Positions 1 to 10,106 of a stretch of 64,000 bases of DNA are shown here, piece by piece (position 1 is the first letter of the stretch; every line of letters starts with the position of its first letter). Below the pieces are notes generated by a model. That model was given only the letters and a program-made list of their open reading frames with translations, was not told the DNA's origin and did no database searches. This stretch comes from an uncultured Pseudomonadota bacterium. Its GTDB lineage: Bacteria > Babelota > Babeliae > Babelales > Vermiphilaceae. A program made the position numbers and the translations under genes. The stretch is taken from assembly GCA_964495945.1 (NCBI GenBank), contig CAZBWL010000001.1, positions 181,584 to 245,583 on the forward strand, read 5' to 3'.

Positions 1-34
1 CTCAGTGAGTATAGTTTAAAATGCGTAGGAAACC

Positions 35-586
35 ATGGAAGAATGCCGAGAATCTCGTCTTGTTTGGATTGATCTTGAAATGACAGGTTTGGATCCACAA
101 AAGGATCACATTTTAGAGATTGCTACCTGTGTTACTGATAATATGCTACAGCTCATTGAAGAAGGGCCTTCGCTTGTAATTCATGCAGATGAGGGGGTAC
201 TAAGGGGGATGTCTACCCAAGTGAAGGATATTTTTTCCAAATCCGACCTTTTGGAGCGAGTGAAACGTTCAGACGTTTCGATACAAGAGGCCGAATCCCA
301 AACTCTCGACTTTATAAAAAGGCATTGCCCTGCCGGAACATCGCCGCTTTGTGGTAATTCGGTATACGTAGATCGGGGTTTTTTGGCCCGACATATGCCA
401 AAAGTTGATAAATTTCTGCATTACCGCATAATTGATGTGAGTACTATCAAGGAGCTTGTTATGCGCTGGTATCCAAAAGATCCAGATGCTGAGTTTACAA
501 AAGGGAAGGTTCATCGTGCCATGGCTGATATACGGGAGTCGATAGCGGAGCTTAAGCATTATCGCCGTTATTTTTTTCGTTCATAA
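35..586 (+). CDS. orn: oligoribonuclease (DEDDh 3'-5' exoribonuclease)
   Basis: 183-aa ORF. Exo motif I is LVWIDLEMTGLDP and the C-terminal H-x4-D is HRAMADIRESI. Length is typical of Orn. Confidence 0.85.
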   Translation: MEECRESRLVWIDLEMTGLDPQKDHILEIATCVTDNMLQLIEEGPSLVIHADEGVLRGMSTQVKDIFSKSDLLERVKRSDVSIQEAESQTLDFIKRHCPAGTSPLCGNSVYVDRGFLARHMPKVDKFLHYRIIDVSTIKELVMRWYPKDPDAEFTKGKVHRAMADIRESIAELKHYRRYFFRS

Positions 587-813
587 CAATTAAGTTGAAA
601 AATAACTATCTATAAGGTGTATTTGGACATGTATGAAGAAAAAATGGATAAAAACGGTTTGGGCATTATGTGTGCAAATGGAGCGTTAAAGAATAGCCAT
701 TCTCATGAAAGATCAGAAATTATCGTCGAAATATAACGTAAAATTTTCATTGTTATTAAGAAGAAGTGTGCAGTTTGTTTCACTAAACATAATATGACAG
801 ATATAAGTTAAAT

Positions 814-2559
814 ATGAGTTCGAAACAACCAATTCAATTGCTTTCAATTAATTTTTCAAAACCGTGGTGGCATATCATTACCCAACAAAGAGGGCTTATA
901 CTTTCTTTGGTTGTATCAACACTTATTCGGGATGTCTTTTGGACATTTGAACCGATTCTTGTTACAGCCGTGTTGGAGCAGCATACATGGAGCATGTTTT
1001 TAGTAGCATGTTTTATTTGGGGATCGTCACATTTAAACTATATTTTTATGCCTCACATTAGTATTAAATTGCGATTGCAGATTATCCACAGCATTTTTCA
1101 TAACGCACATAAAACGCTTTTGAATGTTGAATCAAATAGTCAGCTGACAAAGGCCCAGGGAACAATGTTCTCCAAGATTGAACGTACTGCCCGTGGATAT
1201 GAAGAGATGGTTGATCAGGTCATTTATTCATTTGCACCATTAGCGACAAGTATCGTAACGCTTTTTGTTATACTCATGAGCTATTCGGTTCTTCTTGCCT
1301 GTATCGTTTTTGGGATGCTTTTGTTTATGATCGGGTATGGATATTACTTGGCAAAATATAGTTGTGCAAAATGGGAAAATAACTTTATTCGAACTGATGA
1401 TGAGTTTAAGGAGATAGCTTCTGAAAGTATATCTCAAATGAGCTTAATACGAAATACATTCTCAACAGCCACGATTCAGCAAAAGCTATCTGATAGTATT
1501 CTCGTCAATAGTAATATGGAGCGAGATTTGTGGCTTTCCTATTCTATGATGTCCAAATTTTTAAGCATGATGTACGTATTTTCGGTACTGACGCTTGTTG
1601 GTTTTTTTATGTATGGATTGCAGAATGGGGCAGTGTCGCTTGCATTTGCGATAGGAGTTGTGCTTGCGTATATTCAGTGTACAGCGCAAGTGATAGAAAT
1701 TATTGCGCCTTTTCGCCGATATATTCGTGCAGTCGCGACAATTAAAGATTTTTTTGAATATATGGGCAAGATAAAACACGATGAAATAAAAGAGACAAGC
1801 AACGATTTTGCGATGCAAGAATCCTTAAATACCGTTATTCAGATTAAAGATCTAGTATTTGGCTACGGTGGGCTTAATATTTTTGAAAACCATTCGTTTG
1901 ATCTTGATGTTCCTCTTTTTCAAAAAAATAAGCTGTATGGTATTGTCGGACCATCTGGGGTGGGTAAAAGTACGTTTATATCGATTATAGGAGGCCAGCT
2001 TAGGCCTATCGGCGGTACTGTTATGATAAACGGAATGAATATTTATTTAGCTTCGGATTCACTCAGAAGAAAGCTGGTGGCGATTCAAAGCCAGGTTGCG
2101 ACAAATTTAAAAGGAACGGTTCGATATAATCTGCTCTTTGGTTTACCAGCTGATCATGGATATTCGGATCAGTTTTTATATGAAATCTTGGCTCGCGTGG
2201 GCCTCACAGATCTTTTTGATAAGCATGAAAAGCTGGATACGATTCTTTCTGATGCAACGCTTAATTTATCGGGTGGGCAAAAGCAGCGTCTTAATTTTGC
2301 TAGTTTGTATGTTCGAGCGCTTTTTTATAAGCCAGCCGTAATTCTTATTGATGAGCCAACAAGTAGTCTGGATGCTCAAAGTGAGATTGCTATTGCCAAT
2401 ATGATTGCGGAGCTTGCGCAAATGTCTGTGACGCTTGTTATTGCGCATAGCTTAAAAACATTAAAACGCCGTGTGGGAACAATTGATTTCTCTTCTCTTA
2501 AGAACAAATCTTTATCTGTAATGCCTCATCGCATAAAACAAAAAACCATGGAGCATTGA
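814..2559 (+). CDS. ABC transporter, fused permease/ATP-binding protein (exporter type)
   Basis: 581 aa. The N-terminal ~300 aa has multiple hydrophobic helices. The NBD has Walker A GPSGVGKST, signature LSGGQKQR and Walker B VILIDEPTSSLD. Confidence 0.85.
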   Translation: MSSKQPIQLLSINFSKPWWHIITQQRGLILSLVVSTLIRDVFWTFEPILVTAVLEQHTWSMFLVACFIWGSSHLNYIFMPHISIKLRLQIIHSIFHNAHKTLLNVESNSQLTKAQGTMFSKIERTARGYEEMVDQVIYSFAPLATSIVTLFVILMSYSVLLACIVFGMLLFMIGYGYYLAKYSCAKWENNFIRTDDEFKEIASESISQMSLIRNTFSTATIQQKLSDSILVNSNMERDLWLSYSMMSKFLSMMYVFSVLTLVGFFMYGLQNGAVSLAFAIGVVLAYIQCTAQVIEIIAPFRRYIRAVATIKDFFEYMGKIKHDEIKETSNDFAMQESLNTVIQIKDLVFGYGGLNIFENHSFDLDVPLFQKNKLYGIVGPSGVGKSTFISIIGGQLRPIGGTVMINGMNIYLASDSLRRKLVAIQSQVATNLKGTVRYNLLFGLPADHGYSDQFLYEILARVGLTDLFDKHEKLDTILSDATLNLSGGQKQRLNFASLYVRALFYKPAVILIDEPTSSLDAQSEIAIANMIAELAQMSVTLVIAHSLKTLKRRVGTIDFSSLKNKSLSVMPHRIKQKTMEH

Positions 2560-2628
2560 TTTCTTTTTATTTGAGTGATACAGTACAGGCCGCATAGAAT
2601 GTTATATAAAAATAAGAAAGGGGATCAT

Positions 2629-3141
2629 ATGAAATATGCACTGTTACTTTTTTCAGCATTAGCATGTAGTGTGTATGCAGATGATGAAATGGATTTTTCG
2701 GCTACGGCAGATGACGTAAAAATTATTCAATATACGGTTACGCTTTACAAAGATTCATCCAAAGATGAAGCTCAATGGCGTGTAGTGCGAGATAAAGCCA
2801 TTGATACGGTTCAGCGAGGGCATGCGGGCGAGCGCGATATTGTATTAGATTCTGTAATACAAAGTTTACAAGCGCTTATGATTGATGGAGCGAACGTCCA
2901 TGGAGATATAACGGTAGCCCTTTCTTCGGGAGAATGCGATCGATCAATATGTGGAGATACGTGCGGATGCGCAGAGAAATATCGTGGATTGTGCCCTTGC
3001 AGCTTGGAAGTCAAAAAAGGGAATGTGTGCTGCGGGAATGCTGTGTTAGATAATGACTCGCAGCTCATATCAGAAAATTCCTCAAGTAGTATTGCAAAAG
3101 AAGATAGCATAGGAACATGCCATTCTGCGTGCAATTCGTAA
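2629..3141 (+). CDS. hypothetical secreted Cys-rich protein
   Basis: The ORF 2575..3141 begins at a GTG. The internal ATG at 2629 gives a clean signal peptide, MKYALLLFSALACSVYA. The C-terminal third holds about 13 Cys (CDRSICGDTCGCAEKYRGLCPCS...CCG). No family recognised. Confidence 0.5.
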   Translation: MKYALLLFSALACSVYADDEMDFSATADDVKIIQYTVTLYKDSSKDEAQWRVVRDKAIDTVQRGHAGERDIVLDSVIQSLQALMIDGANVHGDITVALSSGECDRSICGDTCGCAEKYRGLCPCSLEVKKGNVCCGNAVLDNDSQLISENSSSSIAKEDSIGTCHSACNS

Positions 3142-3162
3142 TAATATAATTTTGTACTCATT

Positions 3163-3191
3163 AAAAAGGCAGGCTTAGCTTGCCTTTTTTT
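3163..3191 (+). terminator. rho-independent terminator
   Basis: aaaaaggcaggc-tta-gcttgccttttttt hairpin followed by a T-run, just after the stop at 3141. Confidence 0.6.
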
Positions 3192-3256
3192 AGGTTTAAT
3201 GTTGATTTTTAATGGGTAAGATTGTGGTAATGAGGTGAGTATAAAAAAGGAATTGT

Positions 3257-3694
3257 ATGAAGCAATATAGTGCGATTATTATGAGCATAACCATTGTTTG
3301 CGAGCTAATGCCGACATGTTTTTCGTATTTTGATCCAGAAAAAAAAGAATGGGTTATAAAAACAGTAAAACATGAAAATGATGCATATCAAAAAAAGCTG
3401 GATGCTATACATGAAGTGAGGGCTCTCAGGAAAAAATATCCAAATGCACTCAAAAAGTGGCCACAGAACTACTTTGGTAAATATTATATAGAAGAATTTT
3501 ATACAACGGGGTTTATTGAGCAGATTGTAGATATTTCGACCTATATTTTGAGGTTGCATACGTGGTGCAAAAAAAATCAAAATAAAGGATATTGTTGGAA
3601 CATGTTGCCAAAAAAGAGTATCCTTAAAGATTCTCAATGTATTGAAGATATATATATAATTTTACTACATCATCATATTTTTAAAATAGAATGA
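3257..3694 (+). CDS. hypothetical protein
   Basis: 145-aa ORF with a hydrophobic N-terminus. Its stop overlaps the next start (ATGA). No recognised domain. Confidence 0.4.
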   Translation: MKQYSAIIMSITIVCELMPTCFSYFDPEKKEWVIKTVKHENDAYQKKLDAIHEVRALRKKYPNALKKWPQNYFGKYYIEEFYTTGFIEQIVDISTYILRLHTWCKKNQNKGYCWNMLPKKSILKDSQCIEDIYIILLHHHIFKIE

Positions 3695-3960
3695 TTTTTA
3701 ATGGGTTTATTATGCGATTTTTTTTTGTATTGCTTCTAGGAATTGTGTCTGGAGCTAGTGGAATGAATTCATTAGAAGAAAAACATTCTCATTTTGATCT
3801 TGAAAGAAAAGAGTTTCGGATTGTTCGTATTACTTGGAATCAAGAGACTTACGAAGAACTCGATGAAAAACTTAACGAAGTAGAATCGAGGCGTCAATAT
3901 AAAAAATATTTACAATTACTACAGCTATGGATTAAAAAAGATCTTAATTTAAAGGATTAG
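3691..3960 (+). CDS. hypothetical small secreted protein
   Basis: 89-aa ORF with a signal-like segment MRFFFVLLLGIVSGASG (alternative start at 3712). Translationally coupled to the upstream ORF. Confidence 0.4.
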   Translation: MIFNGFIMRFFFVLLLGIVSGASGMNSLEEKHSHFDLERKEFRIVRITWNQETYEELDEKLNEVESRRQYKKYLQLLQLWIKKDLNLKD

Positions 3961-5905
3961 GATTGAATGAGATAAGGCTTGTAGCGTGAAGCTTGCATGC
4001 ATACTGATAAAGCTCAATAAGCGTTGTAATATTATCTTCTTTTAAAAAAATAGTTCGAAAATACCAATTTTTTATTTTATGAACGGGTGGCTTTGCGGGC
4101 CCTAAAAGTTTTGTCGTCAAACTCTTTTTTTTGATGTGTGCATAAAGCTCTGTTGCAATCCGTTCGGCATCCTGATGGAGTGTCGCTTCATTGGTATGCT
4201 TTAATTCTATCTCAGCAAGACGTTGCAATGGAGGATACGATAGCAGCGTTCTATTTTTAATCTCTGCTTCGTAAAAACTCAGATATCGCTCTTCCTGAAG
4301 ATACTCGTAAATACGGTGATCATCCATCGTTTGAACGATTACTGTGCTTTCGTTTGATTGCCTCCCCGCTCTTCCGGCGACTTGAACAAGCTGTTGCAAT
4401 GTGCACTCGGCTGCATTATAGCGTGGAAAATGTAAATTTAAATCAGCCCATATAATCCCTACAAGCGTAACTTTCGGAAAATGATATCCCTTTGTAATCG
4501 TTTGAGTTCCGATCAAAATATCAATATTTCCTGCTTGCATATCGGCGACGCTCTTTTCCCACTCTTTCTTTTGTTTTGTGCTATCCAAGTCTGCTCGAGC
4601 TATTCGTGCATGTGGAAAAAGCTTTTGTATAATTCCGACGAGCTGCTGAGTGCCAATTCCTTTTTTGAGAAACTCCGTTTCTTTGCAAGCGTAACAAACT
4701 TTTGGCATTGCTGCTTCATACTCGCAGTAATGACAGCGCATAATGCTATCACCATGCAGTGTTAAACTAACTGAGCAATGAGGGCATTCGCATACATTGG
4801 TACAATTTTTACATTGCACAAAGAAACTATGGCCTCTGCGATTGAGAAAAAGGATAGTTTGTTCCTGTTTTGAAAGGCGGTCTGCTATTGCAGTATAAAG
4901 CTGATTACTGATCCAGAAATTTTTGCGCTGTTTTTTATCTGTAAGCGATACGATATCTACTTTTGGAAAAGCTCCCGCAAAGCGTTCTTTAAGCTGGTAA
5001 AATTTCCAGTTCCGTTTTTTGACGTTATAGAGTGATGTGATGGATGGCGTCGCTGAGCCAAGAATGATTGGTATATTATACTGCTTTGCTCGCATTAATG
5101 CGGCTTCTTTGCTATTAATTTTTGGGTGTTTTTTTTCCTGATATCCAGTCTCGTGTTCTTCGTCAATCAGTAATAATCCGAGATTTGAAATAGGAAGAAG
5201 AATGGGCAAATGAACGCCTACAATCACAATCGGTTTATTTTCAAGCAGATATTTCCATAAAAGGCGCTTTTGCTTGACGCTTGTAGCAGAATGAAAGCCG
5301 ATAATAGGAATATCGGGAAGTTCTGCGGCAAGCCGTCGTTCAAATGTTAAAGAGAGTGTCACTTCAGGCAGGAGAAGGATAGTGCTTTTATGTCCATGGA
5401 TCGCTTCCTGTATCCACGCTTTATAAAGTTCAGTTTTTCCCGAACCAGTAACGCCATGGATGAGTGCGGGTGCAAAATGGGGTTGTCTAATTGTTGGAAT
5501 AATATCATCGACTATTTTTTGCTGAGCAGATGTGAGCTTTATGATGCGAGATGTTTGCTTAAGATTTACGAGCGACTGATCAATGGATACTTCTTTTTGA
5601 AATAAGAACTGTTTAATTCGTCTGATTAATGAGATGTGCGGGATTTGATAGTACTGAGCCAATGAGCTTATAAATTGATAATAGTGTGGATCTTTTGGTA
5701 CAGCTTCAAGCGATGTAGCGCATCGCAGTGCGAATGGAACTTCAGGCTTATGGGATTGTTTTGCAAGAATAAGAGCTGGTACTTGCTGGGTGCGCAGTGG
5801 AACCTTGACGATGCTGCCAATGAGCTGGGTTATATTCCAGTCTGCTGGGCATTCATACCAGAGCAGCTCTTTATATCCCGTTAATAGTTGGACATGAATA
5901 TACAT
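3944..5905 (-). CDS. priA: primosomal protein N' (replication restart helicase PriA)
   Basis: Walker A GVTGSGKTE, DEEH box LLIDEEHE, and zinc-binding Cys clusters CKNCTNVCECPHCSVSLTLH..CHYCEY..CYACK. I moved the start to the ATG at 5905 (MYIHVQLL) because the 6058 start runs into the divergent gene at 6006. Confidence 0.85.
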   Translation of the reverse strand: MYIHVQLLTGYKELLWYECPADWNITQLIGSIVKVPLRTQQVPALILAKQSHKPEVPFALRCATSLEAVPKDPHYYQFISSLAQYYQIPHISLIRRIKQFLFQKEVSIDQSLVNLKQTSRIIKLTSAQQKIVDDIIPTIRQPHFAPALIHGVTGSGKTELYKAWIQEAIHGHKSTILLLPEVTLSLTFERRLAAELPDIPIIGFHSATSVKQKRLLWKYLLENKPIVIVGVHLPILLPISNLGLLLIDEEHETGYQEKKHPKINSKEAALMRAKQYNIPIILGSATPSITSLYNVKKRNWKFYQLKERFAGAFPKVDIVSLTDKKQRKNFWISNQLYTAIADRLSKQEQTILFLNRRGHSFFVQCKNCTNVCECPHCSVSLTLHGDSIMRCHYCEYEAAMPKVCYACKETEFLKKGIGTQQLVGIIQKLFPHARIARADLDSTKQKKEWEKSVADMQAGNIDILIGTQTITKGYHFPKVTLVGIIWADLNLHFPRYNAAECTLQQLVQVAGRAGRQSNESTVIVQTMDDHRIYEYLQEERYLSFYEAEIKNRTLLSYPPLQRLAEIELKHTNEATLHQDAERIATELYAHIKKKSLTTKLLGPAKPPVHKIKNWYFRTIFLKEDNITTLIELYQYACKLHATSLISFNPNPLN

Positions 5906-6005
5906 GTTTTTTGCACCACGAAAAAAATATGCAGTTTTTACAGATTCCTTTTTATGGTAGAATGTTTTTCCATACTCTTCAATAGAAATCGCAATAGGAG
6001 TTTTT

Positions 6006-7253
6006 ATGAAAAAGCATTTCGTTTTAATTTTGACGGTGTTTGCATTTTGTAGTGACACATATTCGCAAGCAAAACGGCATCAGCAGGTATCATATTGGAA
6101 TGTGCTTCAAAAAAGAGTATCAAAGATTTTTTCTTCTTCAGTAAAAACAACAAACGTTACTAAAAAAGTAGCTCATGATTCCGTTGATCAAAATATTGGC
6201 TTTGCCTTAGCGAGTCGTAATGCAAAAAAAGATAAGAACGTATTAGAACCATTGTATAAGGCTATGCAATCAGGTGCATCAGCAGTGTACGAATATATCA
6301 AAACTTCTGATGGCCAGCGAAATATTTTACTCGCGGGAATAGTGCTTGGAGTCGGTAAGGTAATACACGGGCAACAGCATCAATTGAGAACAATGGAAGA
6401 GTACAATGAAAAAGTGAATACGCAGGTAAGTGCGTTGGAGTTAGGTATCTTAAAAAAAATAAAAGAAATGGAAAATGCGTTACATCAAATAAATCACAAC
6501 ATGAACATTGAGATACAAAAGCTTGATGCTCAACTGCGCAACGATCTCCATGAACTAAAAAACCGGCCAGAGCTTAACAAGCAGGATGTTGAACAGAGTA
6601 TTCGTAAGCAGCTTCTTGAGTTTAGAAATCGACTGGATGCTTTAAGTGGAAATGTGGGCAAGCACAATGTTGGCATTGATATGCTACAAAAAGATATAAA
6701 AGGATATAGTGATCAGGCTGTAGAAACAGCGCAAGCTTTGGAAAAACAGATTGGACTTTCAAAGGCACAGCATGATGCTATCAATAAGCTATGGATTGAT
6801 TATGAAAAAACAATTAATGAAATACGAGAAAAGAAAGGTTTAATTGGAGATATTCGCCCTGATGTAAACGATACATCTTCTGCGTATACCGAATTTAAAA
6901 ATGCTTTGATGCATAAAGAAATTTCAATAGGTAGGCCGGAGCATTTACAAGTAAGCTTTATTGAGCAGCGCGGTGCACTACAGTTGCCTCAGGGATTTTC
7001 GGTTGATCGCGCTCAGTGGTGGTTGAATGAGGGCAAAGAGTATAAGTGCGTCGCTCTAACATTGAAAAATACTGGTAAAATTTTCTCTGATGATTTAAGT
7101 CAAAAGTGGCTTGATAATAAAGAGTCTGTCGAAAGTAGATTGAAAAGTGCATTGCGCATTGATGATAAAACGAGTTTTCTCGTTCTTGTGGCGCTGGATA
7201 TGAAAGGTGAGCCTCTTAATTGCAGCGATTATTTATCGTTGAAGGCAGAATAA
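6006..7253 (+). CDS. hypothetical secreted coiled-coil protein
   Basis: 415 aa with signal peptide MKKHFVLILTVFAFCSDTYS. The long central region is rich in heptad-like K/E/Q/L. No recognised domain. Confidence 0.5.
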   Translation: MKKHFVLILTVFAFCSDTYSQAKRHQQVSYWNVLQKRVSKIFSSSVKTTNVTKKVAHDSVDQNIGFALASRNAKKDKNVLEPLYKAMQSGASAVYEYIKTSDGQRNILLAGIVLGVGKVIHGQQHQLRTMEEYNEKVNTQVSALELGILKKIKEMENALHQINHNMNIEIQKLDAQLRNDLHELKNRPELNKQDVEQSIRKQLLEFRNRLDALSGNVGKHNVGIDMLQKDIKGYSDQAVETAQALEKQIGLSKAQHDAINKLWIDYEKTINEIREKKGLIGDIRPDVNDTSSAYTEFKNALMHKEISIGRPEHLQVSFIEQRGALQLPQGFSVDRAQWWLNEGKEYKCVALTLKNTGKIFSDDLSQKWLDNKESVESRLKSALRIDDKTSFLVLVALDMKGEPLNCSDYLSLKAE

Positions 7254-7335
7254 AGAGAAATATTATCAAACGTTATATTCCTTGGTATGCTACAATTATA
7301 TCGTTCAAATGATAATATTAAAGGTATTGCAGCGC

Positions 7336-10053
7336 ATGAAACTTGATCCAAAATCGGTTGTTTTTTTAATTGATGGCTCATCATTTTTGTATCGAGCATA
7401 CTATGGTACGCGGCCGTTGCATACAAGCTATGGAGAGCCGGTTAATGCGGTGTATAGCTTTTGCCGTATGATTAAAATTTTGACTGAACGATTTAATCCT
7501 TCATGTATTGTATTGGTGTGGGATAGCAAGGGCTCTACGACTCGACATGAAATGTTTGAGGGATACAAGGCTACACGTGAGGCTCCCCCATCGGATCTAT
7601 TTGATCAAAAAAAACGAATTCAAGAGTTTGCTGATTTGATAGGGCTTTGCCAGCTTTCTCGTTCTGGATATGAAGCTGATGACCTTATGTATTCTCTTGC
7701 GCAGGAGCAGGAAAAGCTTGGTAAAAAAGTCGTATACGTTACTTCCGATAAGGATATGGCACAAGCACTGACTTCTGATGCGAGCATGTATGATTATTTT
7801 AAAGATACGCTTTTTTCAAAAGAGGCGATGGAAGAAAAGCTTGGATTTCCGACAGAAAAAATTTCATTCTTTTTTGCATTGCTGGGCGATAGCTCTGATA
7901 ATATTCCGGGAGTGCGAGGTATTGGCAAAAAGGGAGCTCAGGAGCTTGCACTTCAATTTGATTCACTTGAAGATATGTATGCGCGAATTGATGAAATCGC
8001 AAAACCAAGAATGCGTACGATTTTACAAGAAGGAAAAGAGAATGCTTTTTTAAGCCGCAAACTCTTTCTTCTTCAATATGTGCCAACGAATATTACACAA
8101 AATGACATAGCATTTGATGCTGCCAATTGGGTCAAAGCGCAGCCGCTTTTTAAGCAGCTAGAATTCAAAAGTCTTCTCGCAGATTTTGGTGCCACAAAAG
8201 AGCAGCGAGCAGTGCTGTTTGAAGATAAAGTGGCTCAACTGAAAAAAAAGGGATTTCGGTGTATCACGACTCCTATTGAACTTGCATCGGTGGTATATGA
8301 AATTGAAAAGGCAGGCTTTTGTGCGCTTGATACAGAGGGAGATGGAGTGGATCCTCTGCGCATGAATATGGTTGGCCTTTCAATCTGTACGAATGATAAA
8401 ACTGCCTATTATATTCCATTTGGACATCGCGTTGAGATGCCACAGCTTTCATATGATCAGGTAAAAATGGCGCTCAAGCCGATTCTTGAAAATCCTCGTA
8501 TTGAAGTTTATTTTCATCATGCAAAATTTGATCTTCATGTTCTTCATGCGCATGGTATCGATGTCGCGAATCCTGCTTTTGATACGATTATAGCAGCATC
8601 GCTCGTTACAAAAGATTGGCAGCGAGTTGGACTTAAGCAGCTCGCTGCGTTTTATGGGGATGAGCAGATGCTTACGTTTGAAGAAGTCGTCAAAGATCGC
8701 AAACTTCCAAGTTTTCCCTTTGTGGATCTTGCGCTTGCTACGCTGTATGCTGCAAATGATGCCTATCAAACATTGCGCCTAAAATATATTTTTGAAAAAG
8801 AGCTTGAGCATGAGGGGATGGTAAACCTTTTTTATGATATTGAAATGCCTCTCATGAAGATTCTGACTCGCATGGAGCAGGAAGGCATTTTGGTTGATAA
8901 GAATATTCTCAAGGAGCTTGATGAGCAGGTAAGCCGCGCGCTTTCTGTAATCGAAGCAGAAATCCGGGCTTTGATTCCTGAATATAGAGAAGCAATCAAC
9001 TTAAATTCGCCTCGCCAGATTGAGCAGCTTCTTTTTTATGAGCTCAAATTGCCGCCCCAAAAAAAGAGTTCAAAGCGAACTGGATATTCCACAGATCAGG
9101 AAGTGTTGGAAGCGCTTTCAAAGTTGCATCTTGTTCCTGCGCTTATTTTAAAGTATCGAGAATTATTTAAGTTAAAAAGTACCTATATAGACGCATTGCC
9201 ATCATATATTAATCCAAAAGATGCAAAAATTCATACGTCGTTCAGTCAAACGCGCGTTGCTACGGGAAGGCTTTCAAGTTCTGATCCCAATGTGCAAAAT
9301 ATACCGGTTTCTGGGCCAGGGCTTGCTATTCGTTCAGCGTTTGTACCCGAAGAAGGGCGTATATTTATTTCATGCGATTATTCTCAAATAGAGCTTCGCG
9401 TACTTGCATATCTTTCTCAAGATAAAGCTCTAATTGACGCATTTCAAAATGGGCATGATATTCATAGTCAAACTGCGAGCAAGTTATTTAATGTTTCATT
9501 TGAGCAGATAACAACGGCACAGCGGCAAGTAGGTAAGCGTATTAATTTTAGTATTTTATATGGGCTGACTCCCTATGGGTTATCTAAAGATTTAGATATA
9601 CCATTTGGCCAAGCAAAGCAGTATATCGATACCTATTTCGCACAGTATCCCGGAGTACGAGCATGGATGAGTGATATTATAGAAAAAACAGAGCACACGG
9701 GGTACGTTACTACGTTGTGGGGACGACGCCGTTATATACCAACCATACATGAAAAAAATAGGGTATTGTATCAGGAGGCAACGCGTATTACTATCAATAC
9801 AGTTGCCCAGGGAACTGCAGCTGAAATTATGAAAAAAGGTATGATAGCGCTTTCAAATCGTTACAAAGAAGAAATGATGGATGCGAGTCTATTGCTTCAG
9901 ATTCATGACGAATTAATTATTTCTGCACATTCTCATCAAATTCATGATGTTATGACGCTTTCACAGCAAACGCTTGAGCGTGTGGTCGATTGGAATGTAC
10001 CATTACTGGTAACCACGCGAAGCGGAGCTAATTGGGCTGAAGTCAGTAAATAG
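7336..10053 (+). CDS. polA: DNA polymerase I
   Basis: 5'-nuclease N-terminus FLIDGSSFLYRAYY, 3'-5' exo motif ALDTEGDG, pol motif A DYSQIELRVLA, motif B RQVGKRINFSILYG and motif C QIHDELI. Start set at the ATG at 7336 (MKLDPKS). Confidence 0.9.
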   Translation: MKLDPKSVVFLIDGSSFLYRAYYGTRPLHTSYGEPVNAVYSFCRMIKILTERFNPSCIVLVWDSKGSTTRHEMFEGYKATREAPPSDLFDQKKRIQEFADLIGLCQLSRSGYEADDLMYSLAQEQEKLGKKVVYVTSDKDMAQALTSDASMYDYFKDTLFSKEAMEEKLGFPTEKISFFFALLGDSSDNIPGVRGIGKKGAQELALQFDSLEDMYARIDEIAKPRMRTILQEGKENAFLSRKLFLLQYVPTNITQNDIAFDAANWVKAQPLFKQLEFKSLLADFGATKEQRAVLFEDKVAQLKKKGFRCITTPIELASVVYEIEKAGFCALDTEGDGVDPLRMNMVGLSICTNDKTAYYIPFGHRVEMPQLSYDQVKMALKPILENPRIEVYFHHAKFDLHVLHAHGIDVANPAFDTIIAASLVTKDWQRVGLKQLAAFYGDEQMLTFEEVVKDRKLPSFPFVDLALATLYAANDAYQTLRLKYIFEKELEHEGMVNLFYDIEMPLMKILTRMEQEGILVDKNILKELDEQVSRALSVIEAEIRALIPEYREAINLNSPRQIEQLLFYELKLPPQKKSSKRTGYSTDQEVLEALSKLHLVPALILKYRELFKLKSTYIDALPSYINPKDAKIHTSFSQTRVATGRLSSSDPNVQNIPVSGPGLAIRSAFVPEEGRIFISCDYSQIELRVLAYLSQDKALIDAFQNGHDIHSQTASKLFNVSFEQITTAQRQVGKRINFSILYGLTPYGLSKDLDIPFGQAKQYIDTYFAQYPGVRAWMSDIIEKTEHTGYVTTLWGRRRYIPTIHEKNRVLYQEATRITINTVAQGTAAEIMKKGMIALSNRYKEEMMDASLLLQIHDELIISAHSHQIHDVMTLSQQTLERVVDWNVPLLVTTRSGANWAEVSK

Positions 10054-10106
10054 CGAGCATATAAACCCACATGCTCCCATTTTTAGCAATCGCATGGGAG
10101 CATGTT

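Noticed and set aside
5906-6058. N-terminal 51-codon extension of the priA ORF.
   Set aside because: It would overlap the divergent gene starting at 6006. The PriA-like sequence begins at MYIHVQLL (ATG at 5905).
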